Assembly (NCBI GenBank): GCA_020148145.1
Contig: JAHCRE010000016.1
Span: 4,456-68,455 of the forward strand
From: Patescibacteria group bacterium
GTDB taxonomy: Bacteria > Patescibacteriota > Minisyncoccia > Minisyncoccales > JAHCRE01
Direction of reading: 5' to 3'
DNA length: 64,000 bases
The notes beneath the pieces were generated by a model. It worked only from the letters and a program-made list of their open reading frames with translations, ran no database searches and had not been told where the DNA came from. A program made the translations under genes and the position numbers. Positions within the stretch are counted from its first letter, which is position 1. Every line of letters begins with the position of its first letter. Shown here piece after piece: positions 35,061 through 41,675 of the stretch.

Positions 35061-35136
35061 CGATGTATCATTGCACTTGTTACCTCTTTAGTCTTTTAGA
35101 TGAACGAGGCAGGTCGAGGAGTTAATCTTTTCCACC

Positions 35137-35260
35137 GAACAACACTGTCTTTTTGTTTTCAAAGAACTATTTACCTCCTCCATGGTCCCTGGGACCACTT
35201 TGAGAAATATTATGGGCATGTAACATACCCAGGTATAGAAAAGCCTTGCCTTTCTATCCA
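35137..35260 (-). ncRNA. conserved structured leader RNA L3
   Basis: Paralog of L1. Hairpin 3 is GGUCC-CAG-GGACC here versus UAUUCC..GGAAUA in L1, a compensatory change. Hairpin 1 is UAGAAAGGC-AAG-GCUUUUCUA. Confidence 0.6.
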
Positions 35261-35266
35261 TTTTTA

Positions 35267-35295
35267 AAAATAGCAAAAGAGAGATTCTTTGTCAA
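35267..35295 (-). promoter_or_regulatory. promoter of cassette A3
   Basis: Minus strand TTGACA (35290-35295), 17 bp, TATTTT (35267-35272). Confidence 0.55.
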
Positions 35296-35318
35296 ACAAA
35301 AAAGCCCTGAATAGGGCC
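35296..35318 (-). terminator. intrinsic terminator closing array A4
   Basis: Minus strand GGCCCTATTCAGGGC + TTTTTTGTTT. Confidence 0.65.
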
Positions 35319-35350
35319 TAAGTTTAAAGAACAATTCAAAATAATCCCAA

Positions 35351-35915
35351 GTTACAAAGATGTGATTCAATATTCAATCTGTTCTTTATTACTTCACGAA
35401 CGGAGGAAAGTATGAGTTACAGTAATATTCTTTTTTTGCACCAACAGCCTTTTGTTACAGATTAAATCGCTTCCAACCTGGCATGATTCTTATCGAATTA
35501 CAAGATTTCGGAGAATCATCGGTGTGCTTCTATTACAAGGTCTCGGCAAATCTTGGGCAATGGTAGTTGCATTACAAGATTTCTGAAAATCTATCTGCTT
35601 CATTACGATAGAGTTTCGCTAACAAAGTCTCGTTGTAATGTCCGGCGTTACATACTTGAAAGTGTGAAGTTACAGATTAAATCGCTTCCTCGGAGGCTTC
35701 AGATTACAAGATTTCGGAGAATGACACATATTGAGGATCCTTTAATTACAAGATTTCGGGAAATCGGACATGTGGTCTTCTTATTACAAAATTTCGGATT
35801 TGTTCGCCCTCGCCTCAATTACAAGATTTCGGAGAATCGTTCCAGTCTGGTCGGGCGGCATTACAAGATTTTGGGAGATTATCAGAGTATATCGTAATAT
35901 TACAATAGTCATTTA
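35351..35915 (-). CRISPR. CRISPR-like mini-array A4 (about 13 units)
   Basis: Main repeat at 35497, 35532, 35571, 35703, 35745, 35783, 35818 and 35860. Degenerate copies at 35351, 35602 and 35899. Variant repeat at 35454 and 35669. Spacers between clean repeats are 15, 19, 11, 22, 18, about 15-19 and 22 nt. Confidence 0.65.
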
Positions 35916-35997
35916 GGAACATCGACGTTACTCTACATCTTAAACCAGCGTTACTCTTGAATAAACGGGATAGGTCGAAGAGTTAATCTTTTTCATT

Positions 35998-36122
35998 GAA
36001 CAACACTGTATCCTCTGTTTTTCAAAGAACTATTTACCTCCTCCATGGTCCCTGGGACCACTTTGAGAGATATTATGGGCATGTAACCTACCCAGGCATA
36101 GAAAAGCTTTACCTTTCTATCC
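35998..36122 (-). ncRNA. conserved structured leader RNA L4
   Basis: Paralog of L3 with the same three hairpins and GGAGGAGGUAAAUAGUUCUUUGAAAAAC. Confidence 0.6.
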
Positions 36123-36128
36123 ATTTTA

Positions 36129-36157
36129 AAGGTAGCAAAAGAGAGGCTTTTTGTCAA
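36129..36157 (-). promoter_or_regulatory. promoter of cassette A4
   Basis: Minus strand TTGACA (36152-36157), 17 bp, TACCTT (36129-36134). Confidence 0.55.
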
Positions 36158-36169
36158 TGTGGGCGACCA

Positions 36170-36193
36170 AAACAAAAAAGCCCTGAATAGGGC
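36170..36193 (-). terminator. intrinsic terminator closing array A5
   Basis: Minus strand GGCCCTATTCAGGGC + TTTTTTGTTTT. Confidence 0.65.
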
Positions 36194-36226
36194 CTGAGGT
36201 TAAAGAACAATTTGGTAAATGTATCC

Positions 36227-36642
36227 GTTACAAGGGAAAAGCTCGTTTTAAATTACTGCACTACCGATGAGTAAGTGGTTGGGCGAAAGGTTACAGGTTA
36301 CGGCAACACCTCGAAGCACTGTTACAGATTAAATCGCTTTTTTCTTTTGTTTCCTATTATATCTTGACGCCAATTACAAGATTTCGGAAATACCGCGGGC
36401 TCTTATTACAAGATTTCGGATTTGTTCGCCCTCGCCTCAATTACAAGATTTCGGTGAATCGGATATCCCTTATTACAAGATTTCGGAAAATAGCACTAAT
36501 AAGCGAAGCTGGGTTACAAAATTTCGGAAAATGATTGTCAGAGTATTACAAGCTTCATAGGTTGGGACCCGGGGACCGTATTACAAGATTTCGAAAGATC
36601 GCAATGAAATATATCTCGAGGCATTACAAAATTTCAGGAAAT
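36227..36642 (-). CRISPR. CRISPR-like mini-array A5 (about 10 units)
   Basis: Main repeat at 36373, 36405, 36440, 36472, 36513, 36545, 36580 and 36623. Degenerate copy at 36227. Variant repeat at 36321. Confidence 0.6.
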
Positions 36643-36710
36643 AGTATATGACCAATGTTACTTTTCTAAGCTTTGGGGCCAAAGAGATGAAACGTTACCT
36701 CTTTTCCATC

Positions 36711-36835
36711 GAACAACACTGTATCCTCTGTTTGTCAAAGAACTATTTACCTCCTCCATGGTCTCTGGGACCACTTTGTGAGATATTATGGGCATGTAAC
36801 ATACCCAGAGATAGAAAAGCCTTGCCCTTCTATCC
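36711..36835 (-). ncRNA. conserved structured leader RNA L5
   Basis: Paralog of L3/L4. The tail reads GGAGGAGGUAAAUAGUUCUUUGACAAAC. Confidence 0.6.
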
Positions 36836-36841
36836 CTTTTA

Positions 36842-36870
36842 AAGGTAGCAAAAGAGAGATTCTTTGTCAA
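36842..36870 (-). promoter_or_regulatory. promoter of cassette A5
   Basis: Minus strand TTGACA (36865-36870), 17 bp, TACCTT (36842-36847). Confidence 0.55.
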
Positions 36871-36880
36871 TGTGGACGGG

Positions 36881-36908
36881 CGAAAATAAAAAAGCCCTAA
36901 ATAGGGCT
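36881..36908 (-). terminator. intrinsic terminator closing array A6
   Basis: Minus strand AAGCCCTATTTAGGGCT + TTTTTATTTTC. Confidence 0.65.
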
Positions 36909-36941
36909 TAAGGCTTAAAAATATTATGACATGGGAATCTA

Positions 36942-37500
36942 ATTACAAATTCAAATGGACGGATTATTACTGTCATCCAAGCATTGTTACAGATTAAATC
37001 GCTTTCAACCTGGCATAATTTTTATCGAATTACAAAATTTCGGATTTGTTCGCCCTCGCCTCAATTACAAGATTTCGGGAGATTAAAGATAAAAGTCGTT
37101 GTCTACGAGTTCGATGAAATTACATGAAACATTTTCAGACTCATGGTGTTACTAGGCTACTTGAATCAGCTTGAATTACAAGATTTCGGAGGATCAACCA
37201 ATTGGCGGCATATTACAAGATTTCGGAAGATCGCTCGATCAAATTACCCCAACGAGTCTTCAAATTACAAGATTTCGTCGTATTTCCAGTTACAGATTAA
37301 ATTGCTTCCTCGGAGACTTCAGATTACAAGATTTCGGATAATGGAAGGTGGTTACTTTTGACAACAGCAAATAAACGAGTTCGCATTACAAAATTTTGGA
37401 GAATCCACGTGTCACAAACCATGTTATCGATCAGTTACAGGGGTGAGGAATTACAAGATCTCGGAATTCTCATTGAATGGGAATTACATGATGTTTTGAC
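36942..37500 (-). CRISPR. CRISPR-like mini-array A6 (about 13 units)
   Basis: Main repeat at 37029, 37064, 37175, 37212, 37264, 37323, 37385 and 37450. Degenerate copies at 36942, 37119 and 37483. Variant repeat at 36986 and 37289. Confidence 0.6.
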
Positions 37501-37504
37501 TTAT

Positions 37505-37626
37505 ATTACTGACTTCTTCGCTTGTCAAAGAACTATTTACCTCCTCCATATTCTTGAGGAATACTTCGGTAGATATTATGGGCATGTAACATACCCGTGG
37601 ATAGAAAGGTATACCTTTCTATCCGC
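37505..37626 (-). ncRNA. conserved structured leader RNA L6
   Basis: Paralog of L2. Hairpin 1 is a perfect 11-bp stem GGAUAGAAAGG-UAUA-CCUUUCUAUCC. Hairpin 3 is UAUUC-CUCAA-GAAUA. Confidence 0.6.
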
Positions 37627-37632
37627 TGATTA

Positions 37633-37661
37633 AGATTAGCAGAGACATATTCATTTGTCAA
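37633..37661 (-). promoter_or_regulatory. promoter of cassette A6
   Basis: Minus strand TTGACA (37656-37661), 17 bp, TAATCT (37633-37638). Confidence 0.6.
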
Positions 37662-37666
37662 GCAAA

Positions 37667-37771
37667 GCCCCGAGACTACAACCCACCCAAGGACGGGGCG
37701 TTTCGCTTCGCAAAAGCGCCTCGCGTCCCGACCACATCCTCCCGCCTTCGGTGGGCCCCTAAACTCTCGGG
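37667..37771 (+). repeat. family A long-form GC-rich element; right copy of the 104-bp identical direct-repeat pair
   Basis: Identical over 104 bp to 26843-26946, in the same orientation. Confidence 0.85.
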
Positions 37772-37853
37772 CGGGCGCGGGCAGTGGGCAAAAATAAAAA
37801 AGCTGAGGATTTAACTCAGCTCATAGTGGTTTTGAAAAAGAGAGCCTCTATAA

Positions 37854-38474
37854 TCATTTAGTTTCTTGAGTTATTGATTTTGGATTTCCACAGATAATAG
37901 TTGAGATTACTGACAGTCCTGAACGTTCTATTTCTTGTCTGTTCTTAAGTAGACTCTCTGGTTTATGGCAGATGGTATACGCGTTTACTGGTAATCCTAA
38001 GCGTTTTAATTTTCGTTTGTTTTTAAGTAGACTCTCTGGTCTGCAGCAGATAGTAGTTGCATTTACTGATAGTCCTAGGCGTCTCAGTTCCTGTCTTTTT
38101 TTAAGCAGGTTTCCTGGAATCAAGGCTATAGTTGTTGAAGTTACTGGCAACCCTAAGCGTTTTAATTCTCTTAATCTCCCTGGGTTTCTTAGAGCTATTT
38201 TTTTGCTAAATCCTGCTTTTTCGAATTCCCTGATTAAGGAATGCATAAATTTGTTTATCTCTGAGGGATCAAATTTAAATAAGTATTCACCCGCTGCCTC
38301 ATGTTTAGCAATAATGCTAGCGAATTGACTCTCAATACCTCTAATTTCTAGTTTATGCCTTAACCATTTCCAGGGCCCTTTCCTTTTATCTGAACTGAAG
38401 ATTTCTAATAGTGTTTCTTCAATTTTAGGATTAACTTGAACGGCTTTATAGGCTATGCCTGGGTATGGATTCAT
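37854..38474 (-). CDS. helical-repeat protein with four to five 26-aa mTERF-like repeats
   Basis: 206 aa. The C-terminal half is made of tandem units GL[PS]V..TI...P..LLK....L.RL. Examples: GLPVTSTTIALIPGNLLKKRQELRRL, GLSVNATTICCRPESLLKNKRKLKRL, GLPVNAYTICHKPESLLKNRQEIERS. Terminator hairpin at 37810-37835. Confidence 0.55.
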   Translation of the reverse strand: MNPYPGIAYKAVQVNPKIEETLLEIFSSDKRKGPWKWLRHKLEIRGIESQFASIIAKHEAAGEYLFKFDPSEINKFMHSLIREFEKAGFSKKIALRNPGRLRELKRLGLPVTSTTIALIPGNLLKKRQELRRLGLSVNATTICCRPESLLKNKRKLKRLGLPVNAYTICHKPESLLKNRQEIERSGLSVISTIICGNPKSITQETK

Positions 38475-38627
38475 TTTCCTCCTTCTCTCCTTTCCCCATT
38501 TTTAATGAACTTTAATATCTATTTATATATGATTGCTGAAGATTTGTCAAAGAGATAAAAAAACCAAAACCCCCGAGAGAAAAGCTCTCGGGGGGCGGCT
38601 CGGTCTCTCGAACCGAGCACAAGCCTG

Positions 38628-38698
38628 TTCCGGGGCTTGGATTCGAACCAAGATTGGAGCCTTCAAAGGGCCCTGTCCTACCATTAGACGACCCCGGA
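38628..38698 (-). tRNA. tRNA-Gln (anticodon UUG)
   Basis: 71-nt cloverleaf read on the minus strand: TCCGGGG-TC-GTCT-AATGGTA-GGAC-A-GGGCC-CTTTGAA-GGCTC-CAAT-CTTGG-TTCGAAT-CCAAG-CCCCGGA-A. No encoded CCA. Confidence 0.9.
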
Positions 38699-38719
38699 AT
38701 GACTTTTTATTTTAAGATA

Positions 38720-39862
38720 TTACTCTTCACCTTTCAGGGCTTCGATTATTGCCAATTCCAAGGGTAATTGTGGTATTGGCGAGTATCTCATTTTGTTTTC
38801 GGCTTCTAAAAAGAGGTTCAAAATTTGGTGGAGTTCTTTTTGCTCAAAATTGGCTGATTGGGCTTTCAGTTTTTGAAACTCTTCTTTTGTTAGACCAGAA
38901 ATTATTGGGTTTTCCCTCTCGCCCCCTGTTATTTTCAAAATCAAGGCCTGTCTTAAATAATTAATTAAAGTTTTGGTAAATTCCCGTAAATCTAACCCTC
39001 TTTCAGTTATCTCATTTAAAAAACTAATTGCCTCAGATGCTTTCTTTTGACAAATAAAGTCAGTAAATTTCTGAATTAAGTTTATTTCAACCAACCCCAG
39101 CAAATCTTTAATATCTTTAACTTTAATTTCTTTTTCTCTTCCCAGGGTACCTGAGAAAGTTAAGGCCTGGTCTAATAGACTTTCAGCATCTCTAATTGAG
39201 CCACTGGAATTTAAGGCAATTAATTCTAAGACTGCTTTCTCGATTTTAATCTTTTCTTTTCTGGAAATGATTTCTAATCTTTTAATAATTTCTGGTATTG
39301 TTAATTTTCGAAAATCAAATCTCTGACATCTTGAAACAATAGTTGGAATCATCTTGTGAATTTCAGTAGTGGCTAAGACAAAAATGGCGTGGGCAGGAGG
39401 TTCTTCTAAGGTTTTTAAAAGAGCATTGGCAGCTTCACGGGTCAACTGATGCGATTCATCGATTATAAATACCTTGTATTTTGATTTCGTTGGTGAGAAC
39501 TTTATTCCATCTCTTAATTCCCTTATTTCATCAATTCCCCGGTGAGAAGCAGCATCAATTTCAATTAAATCTAAAGCTCGACTTTGATTTATTTCTAAAC
39601 AAGAAGGGCATTTATTACAGGGCTCAAAACCTTTTCGATCCTGACAATTCACTGCCTTGGCTAAAAGCCTGGCCAGGGTGGTCTTCCCGGTGCCGCGAGG
39701 CCCAGAAAATAAATAGGCATGGGAAATCATTCCAGAAGAAATAGCATTAGTCAAAGTCTGAACAACGTGTTCCTGGCCAATAATTTCAGAAAAAATCTTT
39801 GGACGATATTTTCTATACAATACTAAGGTCATATAAATAAAGAAAATACAGGGACCCACCAA
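38720..39862 (-). CDS. dnaX: DNA polymerase III subunit gamma/tau (short form)
   Basis: The likely real start is MTLVLYRKYRP. Motifs FSEIIGQEHVV, P-loop GPRGTGKTT, Zn module CQDRKGFEPCNKCPSC, and DEIR/SRC motifs. Confidence 0.9.
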   Translation of the reverse strand: MVGPCIFFIYMTLVLYRKYRPKIFSEIIGQEHVVQTLTNAISSGMISHAYLFSGPRGTGKTTLARLLAKAVNCQDRKGFEPCNKCPSCLEINQSRALDLIEIDAASHRGIDEIRELRDGIKFSPTKSKYKVFIIDESHQLTREAANALLKTLEEPPAHAIFVLATTEIHKMIPTIVSRCQRFDFRKLTIPEIIKRLEIISRKEKIKIEKAVLELIALNSSGSIRDAESLLDQALTFSGTLGREKEIKVKDIKDLLGLVEINLIQKFTDFICQKKASEAISFLNEITERGLDLREFTKTLINYLRQALILKITGGERENPIISGLTKEEFQKLKAQSANFEQKELHQILNLFLEAENKMRYSPIPQLPLELAIIEALKGEE

Positions 39863-39911
39863 AGGTGGGAATCATATTTTCTGTACAGTACTAAATTTGA
39901 CATAATAATTT

Positions 39912-40505
39912 TTATTTTTTAAAAACAACAAATTTTGAGCCTAAAAAATTCCAAACAAAGGCAAAAAAGGCAGCAAATATAGGAGCGACAGCGCCTGACC
40001 AAATTTTTTCACTCAGTCCAAACTGAAGACCAATAATATTAACAACAATAGAGGCAATTCCAACATTTATCAAAAGACCAACTGTAGTTACCATAAAAAA
40101 TTTTAAAAATTCTCTTGGAGTAGATTTTTCTTTTTTTTCAAAAGTCCAGTACTTATTCCAAAAGTAACTATTTGTTGTAGCTACTAAAAAAGAAATTGCT
40201 TTAAAAACCGAATAAAAAATACCACTAGTAATCCCAGAAATCCAAATCAGTATGTTTAAAACCACCAAATCGATGAAAGTATTTAAAGTTCCCACTAGAA
40301 AGAATTTGGCTGCCTGTAAAATAATCAAGAGTTTCTTCCCAATCAGCGAGGCAACGAACATTCCGAACCCACAAAGAAGAGCCAAAACGATTGGTAAAAA
40401 CCAAGCATAAGGAATGTCTAATTCAATATTTTTTAAGATAAAAAAGAAAAAAATTCCATCCAAAAATCCAATTAAAGCCGCCAAAATAGCGTCTATCTTT
40501 TTCAT
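39912..40505 (-). CDS. GtrA-family membrane protein
   Basis: 197 aa with several TM helices. KFFLVGTLNTFIDLVVLNIL block. Confidence 0.7.
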   Translation of the reverse strand: MKKIDAILAALIGFLDGIFFFFILKNIELDIPYAWFLPIVLALLCGFGMFVASLIGKKLLIILQAAKFFLVGTLNTFIDLVVLNILIWISGITSGIFYSVFKAISFLVATTNSYFWNKYWTFEKKEKSTPREFLKFFMVTTVGLLINVGIASIVVNIIGLQFGLSEKIWSGAVAPIFAAFFAFVWNFLGSKFVVFKK

Positions 40506-40602
40506 ATTAAATTATGATACCAAAAAGAAAAGATTTTAACAAGTTTTTTTTGATAAAAAAAAGAGGATCTTAATTAGGTGTCCTCAGACCTTTTGATGCG
40601 AT

Positions 40603-41646
40603 TTAGGTTTTAGGCTTTTCTTCTTTTAACAAAGGGAACTTGCTATAGGTATCGAGGGTCCAGAAATTCCTGTCGAGTTCAAAGACCATTTTCACTATTT
40701 CTTCAATTCTCTCAAGCGGAATTCGTGTCGGTGGTACATCTGGGGCAGTTAGACTTCCATTGAGGAGTTTACCCCCTCCTCTGTGTTCTTCTTCTTGGAA
40801 ATACCATTCTGGCACCTGTGATATTTCTCCGGGCCGACTGAGTATCCCAAAGCTGGTAATCAAAGGTTTTTTCCCTTGCCGTAGCTGCTCCTCTAGTCTA
40901 ATCATTCCTACGATGTTTATAAAATCTTCTCTTAAGTCGTAGCGGTTATTTGTAAAAATCACTACCCTGCCACTTGAATTCTGTTGAATCACTATTGCTG
41001 CGTCAACACCGAGCTTCCTATGTCTTGCTATTGGTGAAATCATAGGATTCTCGGATTTCACCGTGACTATCCTAAGAATCTTACCTCTTCTTTGGATCTC
41101 TGTAACTTTGGCTTTTTCTAATTCCTCTCTTGCTTCAAAGAACAGTTTTTGTTCTTCATATTTAGCATCTAAGATTTCAAAGGCCGTTTCTAAAACCTTC
41201 TCTGGATTATCTGAATATTTCAAGTTCAGAGATCTTAGAGTATCGGTTAAATCAAGTGGTGTCTTTTGTCCGTGAAGATCGCTTGCCTTGACCAATTTTA
41301 TAATTTGGCTTAAGGCGGGGTCACTCTCAACTCCAAGGTCCTTGGCGATCAAAGTGGTAGCACACTCTTCAGGAAATTTCTGGGGAGGGTGATGATCAAA
41401 TCTAGCGAACTTTCCGCCAATGTCAATTGGGATAAACTTCTTTCCTTCAGGAATAGGACCCATTCCCCCACTCCAGAAGAGAAATCGGGCTTTTGATATG
41501 TCTTGGTACTTTTTCTCACCAAACTTTTGTAAAAGCCAGGCTCCGGTTATCGCATCTACATCGGGGTGCTTGTGTAAGACAAGAACCCATTCTTTATTCT
41601 TTATCTCTAGCAACTTTTCACCTCCTCTTTTGTTGTTCAAGAGCAA
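40603..41646 (-). CDS. DHH-family-like phosphoesterase (uncertain)
   Basis: ORF of 347 aa. The probable start is the TTG after AGGAGGTGAAAAG (about 41610). Motifs HKHPDVDAITGAWLL and FDHHPP resemble DHH motifs I and III. Confidence 0.45.
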   Translation of the reverse strand: MLLNNKRGGEKLLEIKNKEWVLVLHKHPDVDAITGAWLLQKFGEKKYQDISKARFLFWSGGMGPIPEGKKFIPIDIGGKFARFDHHPPQKFPEECATTLIAKDLGVESDPALSQIIKLVKASDLHGQKTPLDLTDTLRSLNLKYSDNPEKVLETAFEILDAKYEEQKLFFEAREELEKAKVTEIQRRGKILRIVTVKSENPMISPIARHRKLGVDAAIVIQQNSSGRVVIFTNNRYDLREDFINIVGMIRLEEQLRQGKKPLITSFGILSRPGEISQVPEWYFQEEEHRGGGKLLNGSLTAPDVPPTRIPLERIEEIVKMVFELDRNFWTLDTYSKFPLLKEEKPKT

Positions 41647-41675
41647 TTATAAGATGAAATTTTTATTTTTTCATC

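Noticed and set aside
35088-36870. Conserved small minus-strand ORFs in the leader modules (35088-35276, 35993-36175, 36658-36870), sharing ..FKMDRKARLFY.WVCYMPII.LKVVPGTMEEVNSSL..
   Set aside because: The conservation follows the RNA hairpins, and differences between copies are compensatory in stems rather than synonymous. Start codons and ORF ends are not conserved between copies. No SD precedes them. The L1, L2 and L6 copies do not keep the frame.
28914-37500. Interpreting each repeat as a promoter-like or iteron protein-binding site (TTACAA resembles a -35 box).
   Set aside because: No consistently spaced -10 follows, because the spacers vary. Dedicated TTGACA-17 promoters and terminators bracket each array. 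The adjacent TnpB/Cas12-like gene favours a guide-RNA array. Not fully excluded.
29047-37633. Plus-strand ORFs running through the arrays (29047-29304, 34743-35091, 35553-35897, 37143-37633), with recurring YKISE/ITRFR peptides.
   Set aside because: They are artefacts of translating the tandem repeat. They lie antisense to the promoter and terminator logic. They have no SD and no conserved ends.
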